Source of the DNA: Caldithrix sp.
Lineage (GTDB): Bacteria; Zhuqueibacterota; Zhuqueibacteria; Oceanimicrobiales; Oceanimicrobiaceae
Assembly: GCA_004356825.1 (NCBI GenBank)
Contig: SMXC01000166.1
Span: 1 to 61,470 of the forward strand
Direction of reading: 5' to 3'
DNA: 61,470 nucleotides
A program made the translations under genes and the position numbers. The notes below the pieces were generated by a model. That model was given only the letters and a program-made list of their open reading frames with translations, had not been told where the DNA came from and searched no databases. Of the stretch, positions 1-8,972 are shown in pieces; position 1 is the stretch's first letter, and every line of letters begins with the position of its first letter.

Positions 1-264
1 CGGCATAATTTTGTGCCCTTTTTCAAACTTGTTCTTTTGCGGATCAATGAGTCGTTTATAAACCAGGTGATGCTCTTCTTTAATCTCAAACAGGACTTCA
101 CAAATTTCCCTGAGTTTATCAAAAGAAAGAAAATTACCGCGGCGCGAAGAACGGCGGTAATTTTTAAACTCCCCACGCGCTTCCAAATACAGCATGACTA
201 TATTTCTGGTTTTCCAGTTCTTGACGCGCGCTAAATATGGTTTTATTTCAGTCTTATTGAACAT
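1..264 (-). CDS. Hypothetical protein, N-terminal 88 codons (gene continues past the left edge)
   Basis: Hand translation of the minus strand gives an ATG at 262-264 about 8 nt after AAGGAA, then 88 sense codons open to position 1 (MFNKTEIKPYLARVKNWKTRNIVMLYLEARGEF...). It is absent from the ORF track because there is no stop in the window. The listed +13..234 ORF is its antisense shadow. No family recognised. Confidence 0.45.
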   Translation of the reverse strand, partial: MFNKTEIKPYLARVKNWKTRNIVMLYLEARGEFKNYRRSSRRGNFLSFDKLREICEVLFEIKEEHHLVYKRLIDPQKNKFEKGHKIMP

Positions 265-512
265 CACATTTTCCTTGTTCAGAAAAGTTTGAACTTACTT
301 TAAACCATTTAACTTAATGGCTTCATGGGCTAAACGCAAGATTTATTTCGTAATTAATTAACCTGCAGAATTTACAAACCTTTGCCACGAAGACATTGAG
401 TCACAAGTAAAATAATAGATAAAGGAACTATAATTAAAGACGCACTTTTGTATGACAAATTAATCTTTATTTATCAAACATTTACCTCCCAGCGGTTTGA
501 CTTATTCAAGCT

Positions 513-553
513 AAAAAACCCTCGTGGGAATAGTTCCCACGAGGGTTTTTTTT
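513..553 (-). terminator. Rho-independent terminator after the S8 peptidase gene (symmetric, bidirectional shape)
   Basis: Perfect 12-bp stem ccctcgtgggaa / ttcccacgaggg (519-530 / 534-545) with a 3-nt loop. An A6 run lies on one side and a T8 run on the other. It sits 18 nt downstream of the stop at 571. Confidence 0.8.
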
Positions 554-570
554 ATTCTTATAAAAGCCGA

Positions 571-2559
571 TTACTTCTTTTTGCGTTTTGAATAAAAACC
601 GATAGCAGCTATTGGTAGGAGAAAGAACGAAAGATTGGCTGCAGCATTCGCGGTGGTTTTCAAAGTTTTATTTTGAATATTAAAATCAATAGCCGGCCTG
701 CCACAACCGCATGCAGGGTCTGTTGGAGGCGGTTCAGAAATGGCGAAGGTATTATTACTGCTACGCGTCTGGTTTCCTGAGTTATCATCAGCCGAGACAA
801 AATAGGTTATTGTGCTGCCAAGAATCTGGCCAGGAATGTTACCGCTATATTGGTCACCGCCGGTCGACGTCATGTTCACAGTGGCTGCCTGCTGACCACT
901 GACCTGATAAGTCAGGTTTGCACTTTGAATACTCCCATCATCCAGAATATCCGCATTGACGACGTAAGGTCCGGTTTCATCTAATGTGTTCTGAAGTCTT
1001 GTCATATTTGCAATAATCGGATTCGTGGACAAAGAATTGTTTACGTTCAATCTTCCGCCGGTCGATGTAGCATCGCTAAAACTTGAGGCCCGATCGACGC
1101 CTCCTAAAACTCGAATTTTGATTTGTGACATTGATAAACCTGGAAATTGTGCCCATATTAAAGCTGCAGCGCCACTCACATGGGGCGTCGCCATTGAAGT
1201 TCCGCTAAAAGTGTTATAGGTGTTACCTTTGGTTGTGCTGCGAATGTTTTCACCTGGCGCGGCAAGATGCACCGTATTTCTGCCTCTATTTGAAAAACTG
1301 GCCAGATTGTCACTACTGGTGCTGGCGGCAACTGAAATAACGTTGGGCACTTCATAGTTTGCCGGATAAGATGGAAAGCTATCATTATTTCTTGAATCAT
1401 TACCGGCTGCGGCAACAAATAAAACGCCGTTGTCATTTGCAAATTGAATGGCATCTTCCAATGATTGCGCCCGGCCACCGCCGCCCCAACTGTTGCTTAA
1501 GATTGTCGCCCCATTGTTGACGCCGTAAATGATAGCTCCAATCGCGTCATCCAGTGAGCCGCTGCCGCTGCTGTCCAAAAATTTTAGCGGCATGATTGAA
1601 ACTTCCCAGTTGACCCCTACAACGCCTTTGCCATTGTTGCCAACTGCACCAATGGTTCCGGAAACATGCGTTCCGTGGTCGTTATCATCATTGGGATTAT
1701 TATCATTATTTGCAAAATCCCAACCCCGAAAATCATCTATAAAACCGTTGTTATCATCATCGATGCCGTTGTTGGCATTGGCGCCGGACTCACCCGGGTT
1801 TGTCCACATATTGTCGGCCAAATCTTGGTGGTCCCAATCAACGCCGGTGTCAATAACACCAACAATAACAGACTTACTGCCTGTTTGAACATCCCAGGCG
1901 GCCGGGGAATCCGTAATTGTCAGGCCGTATAATTGTGAAAATTGCGGATCATTCGGTTCAACAAAATGTCTATAAATATAATTGGGTTCTGCGTATTCAA
2001 TATTACCGTCAGCATTACATTCTTCCACAGTTTGGAGGACACCCTTTCCACCATCGATTGTGCAGAGATAAATACCAATTTGGTCGTGTTGTTTGAGGAC
2101 TGAGAGCTGAGCATTTGAGTAGGTCCGCGCCTTTACTTCCTGGGCAACACCGCTTTTAAACTTAATGATCAGCTCACCCGGCTTAAATTCCGCGACCTGG
2201 GCCTGGGTAGCCAGGGGTTCTGCACTGCTCGTTTCAGGGTTGGTTTCAATGGAGAGCGCACGAAATTCAGCTGTCGGTTCTGCATACTTAACAATAGATG
2301 CGTTGCTGCACAATTTAATGACTTCTTCGACTGAATAATCCGAAGATATACTAAAGACCTGGACATCGATCTCCTCAAATGTTTTAACTTTAACCAAACC
2401 AAGCTCATTGGTAAATGAGTTTATTTGTTCTGAATTTACATCCTTATTAAACTTGATTATAACTTCCTTTTGATGTTCATAGGGAATTACTGCAAGCAAA
2501 AAAACAGCAACAATCCCTATTGTCATTAACAAAAGTACAACTTTCGTTTTACCAAACAT
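571..2559 (-). CDS. Secreted subtilisin-like serine peptidase (S8 family) with two I9-like propeptide modules and a C-terminal TM plus basic tail
   Basis: Catalytic motifs VGVIDTGVD, HGTHVSGTIGA and GTSMATPHVSGAAAL are present, with an N-terminal signal anchor. The start is set at the second ATG (2559) because the first ATG (2574) lies inside the GGAGGGAG Shine-Dalgarno sequence. Confidence 0.9.
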   Translation of the reverse strand: MFGKTKVVLLLMTIGIVAVFLLAVIPYEHQKEVIIKFNKDVNSEQINSFTNELGLVKVKTFEEIDVQVFSISSDYSVEEVIKLCSNASIVKYAEPTAEFRALSIETNPETSSAEPLATQAQVAEFKPGELIIKFKSGVAQEVKARTYSNAQLSVLKQHDQIGIYLCTIDGGKGVLQTVEECNADGNIEYAEPNYIYRHFVEPNDPQFSQLYGLTITDSPAAWDVQTGSKSVIVGVIDTGVDWDHQDLADNMWTNPGESGANANNGIDDDNNGFIDDFRGWDFANNDNNPNDDNDHGTHVSGTIGAVGNNGKGVVGVNWEVSIMPLKFLDSSGSGSLDDAIGAIIYGVNNGATILSNSWGGGGRAQSLEDAIQFANDNGVLFVAAAGNDSRNNDSFPSYPANYEVPNVISVAASTSSDNLASFSNRGRNTVHLAAPGENIRSTTKGNTYNTFSGTSMATPHVSGAAALIWAQFPGLSMSQIKIRVLGGVDRASSFSDATSTGGRLNVNNSLSTNPIIANMTRLQNTLDETGPYVVNADILDDGSIQSANLTYQVSGQQAATVNMTSTGGDQYSGNIPGQILGSTITYFVSADDNSGNQTRSSNNTFAISEPPPTDPACGCGRPAIDFNIQNKTLKTTANAAANLSFFLLPIAAIGFYSKRKKK

Positions 2560-2597
2560 AACATCTCCCTCCATCGGTTAAGTTTTCGAACTAAAAT

Positions 2598-3557
2598 TTA
2601 CTCAACTCTGTTTTTTAAATTTCCAATTCCACTTATCTTACACTCAACGATATCCCCGGCATGCAGCTCTCCTACCCCTGCAGGGGTTCCAGTGGCGATT
2701 AAATCTCCTGGCTGTAAGGTACAATATTTCGAAATATATGCAACAATTTCTTCAATTTTGAAAATCATTTGTGAGGTAGAAGTATGCTGCTTCCGGTCGC
2801 CATTTACAGTTACTTCCAATTCCAGATTATTGTAATTTTGAACCGCCCCTTTTGGAACCAGAAATGAACCAAATGGGCAAAAAGTATCAAAACTTTTCGA
2901 GCGAAACCAGGGTCTCCCTGCTTTTATATCGCTTTTCTGCAGTTCCCGGGCGGTGACATCGTTGAGGATACTAAAACCCGCTACAAAGTCCATCGCTTTA
3001 CTTTCAGAAACATTGCGGGCTTGCTTCCCGATGACTACCGCAAGTTCCCCTTCATGATCTACCCGACCCACTTCATCAGGAATCCTGATCACCCCGTCAT
3101 GAGGAATAATCGCCGAAGGCGCTTTTGAGAAAAAAAGAGGCTCTTCAGGAATGTCATTCTCTAATTCCGTTGCATGTTCTTTGTAATTTCGCCCAATACA
3201 AAGAACTTTTTGAGGCCGGCCTATGGGAGGTTCAAAAGTGAAGGTATTCTTCAATTCCAAGTCAGACAACCGTCCTTCCTCTTTTAAAGTAACCAACACC
3301 TCCTGCAAAGTTTCTAACTTAAAAAAATCGGCCTCCACCATTACTTGCAAAAAATTGAGGCGCGGGCCGCGACCGTTGTTTTTGATTTCCTTATAAAGCT
3401 CCCATGCTTGGGAAAAATTATAAAAAGTATCTTCAAATTCCACGCCAATTTGTAAAATGCCTTTGTCTGTCTTATAGGAAAAAGCTTTCACCGTGATTCC
3501 TTCCCACACCCTGGTTTGTTGCGTCCCTTGCTTTTGTTTGACTGAAATAAATGGCAA
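2598..3557 (-). CDS. Fumarylacetoacetate hydrolase (FAH) family protein with an N-terminal extension domain
   Basis: FAH-fold motifs CIGRNYKEHATE, DHEGELAVVIGK, SILNDVTAREL and KSFDTFCPFG are present. An extra N-terminal domain of about 110 aa resembles the one seen in Rv2993c-like members. TTG start. Confidence 0.8.
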   Translation of the reverse strand: MPFISVKQKQGTQQTRVWEGITVKAFSYKTDKGILQIGVEFEDTFYNFSQAWELYKEIKNNGRGPRLNFLQVMVEADFFKLETLQEVLVTLKEEGRLSDLELKNTFTFEPPIGRPQKVLCIGRNYKEHATELENDIPEEPLFFSKAPSAIIPHDGVIRIPDEVGRVDHEGELAVVIGKQARNVSESKAMDFVAGFSILNDVTARELQKSDIKAGRPWFRSKSFDTFCPFGSFLVPKGAVQNYNNLELEVTVNGDRKQHTSTSQMIFKIEEIVAYISKYCTLQPGDLIATGTPAGVGELHAGDIVECKISGIGNLKNRVE

Positions 3558-3600
3558 GCAACAAAATCGAGAGCGTCGGACTTACACAAAATGAAGCCCC

Positions 3601-3629
3601 ATAATATGGAAATATTCTCTGATTGTCAA
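3601..3629 (-). promoter_or_regulatory. Near-consensus sigma-70 promoter upstream of the FAH gene
   Basis: The minus strand reads TTGACA (3629-3624), a 17-nt spacer, then TATTAT (3606-3601). It lies about 44 nt upstream of the start at 3557. Confidence 0.5.
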
Positions 3630-3761
3630 GTATTTTTTATACAGGATTAACATTTGTGAAGTGGTCTTTATTGCGATGTAACTTTAATTCCCGAACATGT
3701 ACTGCTTGAGACAGCGATTATCATATTCTCGCTCATCATGGCAAAGATTTGTAAACTCATT

Positions 3762-3947
3762 TTATAACTCTCCCGGGGTCTGGGAACTTTCTGCTTCCTT
3801 GTGAGCAGTACAAACGGTAACGGGTAAATTGGGGTACTTTTGAAAAGATTGATCGATTTTAGAATATTCACATAAGAAAAACAGGCTTTCTCTCTGATTT
3901 CGGATTACTTTTGCATAAATACAAGTTTCACATAATCCGACTCGCAT
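3762..3947 (-). CDS. Small conserved-looking Cys-rich protein (61 aa), putative zinc binding
   Basis: Sequence MRVGLCETCIYAKVIRNQRESLFFLCEYSKIDQSFQKYPNLPVTVCTAH. The pattern CxxC...C...YPxLPV..C matches a small hypothetical family I recall from other phyla. ATG start 27 nt after the GT9 stop. Confidence 0.55.
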   Translation of the reverse strand: MRVGLCETCIYAKVIRNQRESLFFLCEYSKIDQSFQKYPNLPVTVCTAHKEAESSQTPGEL

Positions 3948-3974
3948 AACGTTACAAATACTTTCTTAAATGTC

Positions 3975-5150
3975 CTAAGTATTTAGATAGTTTTCCAAAA
4001 CTTTATCAGAAATATCAAAGTCATCAAAATTTAATCTTGAAGACTTCGGGTACCGACCTATTATTTCCTCCGATATTTTGACAACCTGCTTTTCACTAAT
4101 AGACGAGCATTTATAGTCGGCGTCCCGTATTGCAATTATTTGTTTGCCAACCGGTTTCCATTGATGCGGATCGGTTTGACCAAATAAAGCAACAACCGGA
4201 ATTCCAACGCCGGCAGCCAAATGCATAAATGCCGATTCATTACATATCATCAGATTAGAGAAAAAAATAACGGCGGCATATCCCCTCAAATCAAGATGAT
4301 TGACTTCGATAGGTTTAAATGGCAGACCACTGATAAATTTCTGTCCTAAATCACGGTCATTGGGTTCCCATGAGGCAATGATCTTTGCATTGTATTTTTG
4401 ACTGAAAAATTTTGCAAGAGATACAAACTTAGTCACAGGCCATCGATTCTTGCCGTCATCCGAACTAATATGAATGGCCAATAGAAATTCTTGGGGCGAG
4501 ACTTTTTGTTTTTTTAAAAAAGCCACTGCGTTATTTTTTTCTTCCCGGGTTAAATATATATCTTCAGAAAAATCCCGAGTGTCAGCTTCAATATGGCGTA
4601 CAATGTCCAGGTTTCGTTCTGTTTGGTGCTTGTTGATCTCGGAATAGGGTGCAATTACGTTATAAAAGAAGTTGTTTTTACTGCCCTCCAGAACGAGGTG
4701 TTCAGAGCCTAATATGTATTTCGCGCCCGTCAAAGAAGCTACCAAGTCACTCAAAAATGAATGAGTGACTGTATTAAGGACAATAACCAAATCAAAATGT
4801 GAACGGACTAGCTTTACAAGATTTATTAATTTCTTAAAAGATAGTCCGGATAACGTCTTATCAAAACTGACTACCTCATCTAAATAAACATTGTTTAGCA
4901 ACACCGGGGCAAAATCCTCACGTGCTAAAACAGCAATATATGCCTCTGGATAGCGTTGCCTCAACGCGCGAAAGACCGGAGTTGTTAACATTAGGTCTTT
5001 CAAATCATCATGTTGACGAATAATCAGAATACGGCGGATTTCTTCTGCAGTTATTCTGGAAACGTCAACGACTGTTTTTCCCACCGCTTTCTCGAGTAAC
5101 TTGAGGCAGGAAGTCTTGAGTGCTTGTCTGAGTTTGGGCTTGACACTCAT
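3975..5150 (-). CDS. Glycosyltransferase family 9 (LPS heptosyltransferase-like)
   Basis: N-domain RILIIRQ...LMLTTPVFRALRQRYPEAYIAVL and C-domain CNESAFMHLAAGVGIPVVALFG are typical of the ADP-heptose:LPS heptosyltransferase fold. Confidence 0.75.
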   Translation of the reverse strand: MSVKPKLRQALKTSCLKLLEKAVGKTVVDVSRITAEEIRRILIIRQHDDLKDLMLTTPVFRALRQRYPEAYIAVLAREDFAPVLLNNVYLDEVVSFDKTLSGLSFKKLINLVKLVRSHFDLVIVLNTVTHSFLSDLVASLTGAKYILGSEHLVLEGSKNNFFYNVIAPYSEINKHQTERNLDIVRHIEADTRDFSEDIYLTREEKNNAVAFLKKQKVSPQEFLLAIHISSDDGKNRWPVTKFVSLAKFFSQKYNAKIIASWEPNDRDLGQKFISGLPFKPIEVNHLDLRGYAAVIFFSNLMICNESAFMHLAAGVGIPVVALFGQTDPHQWKPVGKQIIAIRDADYKCSSISEKQVVKISEEIIGRYPKSSRLNFDDFDISDKVLENYLNT

Positions 5151-5230
5151 TGTGTCTTCGCTTCGGATAGTTTTAAAAATATTAAGACGAAATGGTAAAT
5201 TTACCCACGATTCACTTTAAAGATAGTTCC

Positions 5231-6370
5231 TCACTTGAGCGATGAACCAGCTGAAGAGAAACCACCTCTAAGTTGAATTGATGGCTGGCCACTTTTTGTT
5301 AATCCGGCTAACTGGTGAATCTTTTTGACCACATTTTCTGCGTCGTGATGTTGTTGAACCCAGCCCCTACCTTTTTCACCTAACTCACGCCGTAAATTAT
5401 CATCGGAAATTAAGGTCATTAAACGTTTTTTAATATTGCGATCGTTAAGAACTACAAATGGATGCTCCGGATATTTTTCCGCAAACCCGGGGGCCAAACA
5501 CGAGCAAGTGGGAATGCCCATGGCCAAAGCCTCAAGCGAATTTAACCCGTACCCCAAATCGCCAATTTGATCGACAAAAATATGGCATTCGGATTTCCTG
5601 CTCAAACTCTCCTGGTGCGGAAGATTTTCGATTAAAACCAACTCAACCGGATGTTCGGATTGAATTTCTTTTATAGCCGCAATAATTTGATCGCTGCCTT
5701 TTGCCCGACGGTTTGTTGGTGCGTGCCCAATTTTGAGGATCTTTGATTCCGGCACAGGCCTGGCTTGGTATTGATTCACATCAAACGGAAAAAATATGTG
5801 ATGAATATTTAGATGAAGTTTCAAATGATCAAATTCGAGCGTCACGTTCAAATCACTCAGTGAGTCAATCTGCGGAATCGCACCGCGAGTTCTCAAGTCA
5901 CTGCCGGTGTAGCAGCAAATCACTTTTTTGCCTAACGACTTCAGTTTTCGAATGGTGCGGCCATCCCGAAAAAACTCCAGGCCGCCATCGAGCTGGTAAA
6001 CGTCGAAATTCCAGAAATCGATTTCGCTGAATAACCGGTTGATTTTCTTTTGCCAGAGGCGCTCACGGAACCCGATTAAAGTCTTCTCGGGCAGACCGTT
6101 GGCATGCCAATAAAGAGGAATATTTTCCAGTTTTTTCGTCTGATTGTTAATATCGAGTTTGCTTGGGTGGGAAAAAGCTTTCTTCGCCAACCGGACTCCA
6201 CTGGAGTCCAAAAAGGGCAAATTCAGGCAGATATCTTCCTGGTAATTTCTTTTATCCTTGCCCAGGGTCACAAGCCGGCTGTCATGTCCAAGCTTGCGTT
6301 CAGCTTTGACAAATGTAATCGGCACGCCGGAGGTATTGAACGGAGCGATATGTAGAATTTTTAGAGGCAT
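5231..6370 (-). CDS. GT-B glycosyltransferase (GT4/GT1-like)
   Basis: C-terminal sugar-donor motif region FVDQIGDLGYGLNSLEALAMGIP. Adjacent to the GT9 gene. Confidence 0.65.
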   Translation of the reverse strand: MPLKILHIAPFNTSGVPITFVKAERKLGHDSRLVTLGKDKRNYQEDICLNLPFLDSSGVRLAKKAFSHPSKLDINNQTKKLENIPLYWHANGLPEKTLIGFRERLWQKKINRLFSEIDFWNFDVYQLDGGLEFFRDGRTIRKLKSLGKKVICCYTGSDLRTRGAIPQIDSLSDLNVTLEFDHLKLHLNIHHIFFPFDVNQYQARPVPESKILKIGHAPTNRRAKGSDQIIAAIKEIQSEHPVELVLIENLPHQESLSRKSECHIFVDQIGDLGYGLNSLEALAMGIPTCSCLAPGFAEKYPEHPFVVLNDRNIKKRLMTLISDDNLRRELGEKGRGWVQQHHDAENVVKKIHQLAGLTKSGQPSIQLRGGFSSAGSSLK

Positions 6371-6377
6371 AACTTAG

Positions 6378-6410
6378 ATTTGACAGTCATCTTTGAGAGG
6401 ACTGTCAAAT
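6378..6410. repeat. Perfect 11-bp inverted repeat (stem-loop or operator) between the kinase and glycosyltransferase genes
   Basis: atttgacagtc (6378-6388) and gactgtcaaat (6400-6410) are separated by 11 nt. On the coding (minus) strand the hairpin ends 8 nt before the ATG at 6370 and has no U tract. Confidence 0.6.
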
Positions 6411-6438
6411 TGGCTTTTTAATAACTCTTATTCGATAA

Positions 6439-8826
6439 TTATTCAGAAAAAAACTTCAGTTTGAACGCTTCATGTCGCACCTTCGCCATTTCTAATACCC
6501 GTTGAAATTCAGGCGCACTGCGTACCCGATCGAAGTAAGAGTATGAAATCATCCAGGGGTAATTAAAATATCCCCGATTTACTCCCTCTTCCAACGCTCG
6601 GGCAGTGCTGACCGCATCGCCAAGTAAGCCATACATTTCGGCTACCAAAAACCAAACTTCGGCATCGGCCGGGTTTGCTTGCTCCAACTCGGTGATGGCC
6701 GTTCTTGCCTTTTCAGTCTCGCCTGCAACGAGTGCCAGTCTGACTGTACTGTAAAATGAAAACGTCGATCCGCTGTGCTCTTGCGCCTGGAGCGTATTCC
6801 AGGTTTCAAGCGCTTTTTGCTCCTCTCCTTGTAGGTGCAAAATCCTGGCTGTCCACGCTAAGGCAAGGGAACTCCCCTTATCGAGATTATAGACCTTGAG
6901 AGCTTTTTCGTACTTTCCGAGAGAGACATAAGTTAGTCCGGCAGAGCCGAATCTTCGGTTTCCAGGGTCAATTGCCAAAGCCCGGTCGAACTCCTTCTTG
7001 GATTCCTCCAGCATTCCCGCATAGCGGTAGACATAGCCTAACGAAAAATGAGCCAGGGCGCTATTCGGATTGATTGTCAACATTCGTCTTGCCAGTTCAA
7101 CAGCCGTTTCAGTTCTGCCCATTTCGGTGTACAAGTTAGATAAGTTAAACAGAGCATCCAGTAATTCATTATTCAATGATAACGCACGCTGATAAGCCTT
7201 CTCCGCCCTTCTGATTTCTTGCCCTCCAGCCAATCCAAAGTTTCCGAAGCGTTGACGTCGAAAACCGAGCTCGGCAAAAGCCGGGGCATAACTGGAATCC
7301 AATTGAATAGAATTGGTCAACATTTCGATTGCCAGCAAGTCACCCTCGGTCGTCGATGGGTAAGAAATGCTGCGAAGATAGTACTCATAAGCCAGAGGAT
7401 TTTGTGAGACATCACTTCGCATGCGGGCACGCTCATCCTGTGAGAACTGGAGTTTAAGGCGCTCGATAACCTTTTCAGAGACGATGTCCTGCAGCGCGAA
7501 GGCATTTTCATACTCCACTTCAATCGCTTCCCGCCAGAGCATTTCGTTAGCATCGACGTCGACAAGCTCGATGTTCAGGCGTATGGTATTCGCCTCTTTC
7601 AAATAGTTGCCAGTCAGGATGATATCAACCTTTAAGTCCGCGCCGGCGGTTTGGCGATCCAAAGTCTGGTCTTGATAGCGACGAATCGAACTTGAAGGTC
7701 GGACTAAAATGTTCTTAAGATAGGATAAAGAGCCGATGATCTGGTCGGCCAGGGCGAATCCCAGGAAATCTGTTTCCGGGTCCTGGCGAATATTGGTGAA
7801 AGGCAGCACGGCAAGTCGTTGCATGGAAACTGGCGCGGGACCTGGGCTATCAGCCAGGCTCTGCCGCCAATAAAAAAAGCCACTGCCAACCACGAGGGCG
7901 GCAAGTAAGAATAAGCCGACCCTTAGCGGTGTTTTTCTTGTTTGTTTCGATAGAGCACGGTCACTTGCAACCTTAGGCTCTGCGCTCACCCCTTTCAAAT
8001 CAACCAGCATTTCATCCAGGCGTTGGTAGCGTTCAGCCGGATCCTTTTTGAGAGCTTTGTTGACAATTCGCTCAAGCTCCATAGGTACGCCGGTGCGCAA
8101 ACCGGTGATGGGTTCCGGATCTTCGTTCATAATCGAGTAGAGCACCGCCTGCTCATAATCCCCCTGAAATGGCTGCCTCCCGGTGACCATCTCATAAAGC
8201 ACCACTCCCAATGCCCATATGTCCGTGCGGTGATCGACGTCGGTGCCTTGCGTCTGCTCGGGCGACATGTAGGCCACGGTGCCCATGGACACCCCCTCCT
8301 TGGTAAGTTGGGTACTGCCAGCCAATTTGGCCAATCCGAAATCAGTGATGCGCACATGGCCTTTTTTTGTCAGCAGAATGTTGGCGGGTTTAATGTCTCG
8401 ATGGACGATTTTTCTCTCATGGGCCGCCTGGAGACCCTCAGCGATTTGAATGGTGTAGTCCAGGATTTCATCCAGCGTAGAGGCGGCAGGTCTTGTGCCT
8501 GCTTTTCCCTGTGCGCCCACAAGCGACGCCGCTACAACGTCCTGCAACGACAGCCCCTCCACATAGGCCATTGCAATGTACGTTTGTCCATCGGCTTCGT
8601 TGATCTCATGAACCGTGCAGATATTAGGATGGTCGAGAGCCGCAGCAGCCTGTGCCTCGTGCATGAAGCGTGCTTTTTCTTCCTCACCAGCCATAGTTTG
8701 CAGAGGCAAGAATTTCAAAGCGACGGTACGTTTGAGCTTGGTATCCTCGGCTTTGTAGACGACTCCCATGCCGCCCTCACCCAATTTCTCTAATATATTA
8801 TAGTGATGTATTTGCTTACCGATCAA
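6439..8826 (-). CDS. Membrane Ser/Thr protein kinase with periplasmic TolB-N/FlgO-like module and TPR repeats
   Basis: Hanks kinase motifs GEGGMGVVYKA, VALK, HRDIKPANIL, DFG and SPEQ are present. There is one TM segment (LFLLAALVVGSGFFYW), then LAVLPFTNIRQDPETDFLGFALADQII, then C-terminal TPR-like repeats. TTG start. Confidence 0.9.
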   Translation of the reverse strand: MIGKQIHHYNILEKLGEGGMGVVYKAEDTKLKRTVALKFLPLQTMAGEEEKARFMHEAQAAAALDHPNICTVHEINEADGQTYIAMAYVEGLSLQDVVAASLVGAQGKAGTRPAASTLDEILDYTIQIAEGLQAAHERKIVHRDIKPANILLTKKGHVRITDFGLAKLAGSTQLTKEGVSMGTVAYMSPEQTQGTDVDHRTDIWALGVVLYEMVTGRQPFQGDYEQAVLYSIMNEDPEPITGLRTGVPMELERIVNKALKKDPAERYQRLDEMLVDLKGVSAEPKVASDRALSKQTRKTPLRVGLFLLAALVVGSGFFYWRQSLADSPGPAPVSMQRLAVLPFTNIRQDPETDFLGFALADQIIGSLSYLKNILVRPSSSIRRYQDQTLDRQTAGADLKVDIILTGNYLKEANTIRLNIELVDVDANEMLWREAIEVEYENAFALQDIVSEKVIERLKLQFSQDERARMRSDVSQNPLAYEYYLRSISYPSTTEGDLLAIEMLTNSIQLDSSYAPAFAELGFRRQRFGNFGLAGGQEIRRAEKAYQRALSLNNELLDALFNLSNLYTEMGRTETAVELARRMLTINPNSALAHFSLGYVYRYAGMLEESKKEFDRALAIDPGNRRFGSAGLTYVSLGKYEKALKVYNLDKGSSLALAWTARILHLQGEEQKALETWNTLQAQEHSGSTFSFYSTVRLALVAGETEKARTAITELEQANPADAEVWFLVAEMYGLLGDAVSTARALEEGVNRGYFNYPWMISYSYFDRVRSAPEFQRVLEMAKVRHEAFKLKFFSE

Positions 8827-8972
8827 ACTATGCTAAAGCTCCTCCAAATTTATGCAGTATCACAAACAAATGATTCTAAAGTTTTCTGGATATCGCGATA
8901 GGTCGCTTGCCATCATAAGAGATCAGAGCAATACCACAAGCTCTGTTTTAATTCATAGTTAGCCTTGCAATA

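Noticed and set aside
13-234. 73-aa plus-strand ORF at the left edge
   Set aside because: The opposite strand carries a longer open frame with an ATG and an AAGGAA Shine-Dalgarno sequence, running off the window. The plus-strand ORF has a GTG start and no ribosome-binding site.
3668-3871. 67-aa minus-strand ORF overlapping the small Cys-rich gene
   Set aside because: It is in a different frame from the better-supported 3762-3947 ORF and has no motif or ribosome-binding site.
5194-5205. 12-bp palindrome GGTAAATTTACC between the two glycosyltransferase genes
   Set aside because: It is short and AT-rich, has no loop for a stable hairpin, and I saw no second copy.
8023-8793. 256-aa plus-strand ORF
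   Set aside because: It lies entirely antisense to the GC-rich catalytic domain of the Ser/Thr kinase. It has no recognisable motifs and an Arg/Ser/His-rich shadow composition, which is typical of an antisense artefact.
8000-8800. GC-rich patch (sampled 60-nt lines of roughly 52-67 percent GC, against 35-45 percent nearby) as a sign of horizontal transfer of the kinase
   Set aside because: Comparable GC-rich lines occur in hutU and other Gly/Ala/Pro-rich conserved domains, so amino-acid composition explains it. I cannot compute proper compositional statistics by eye.
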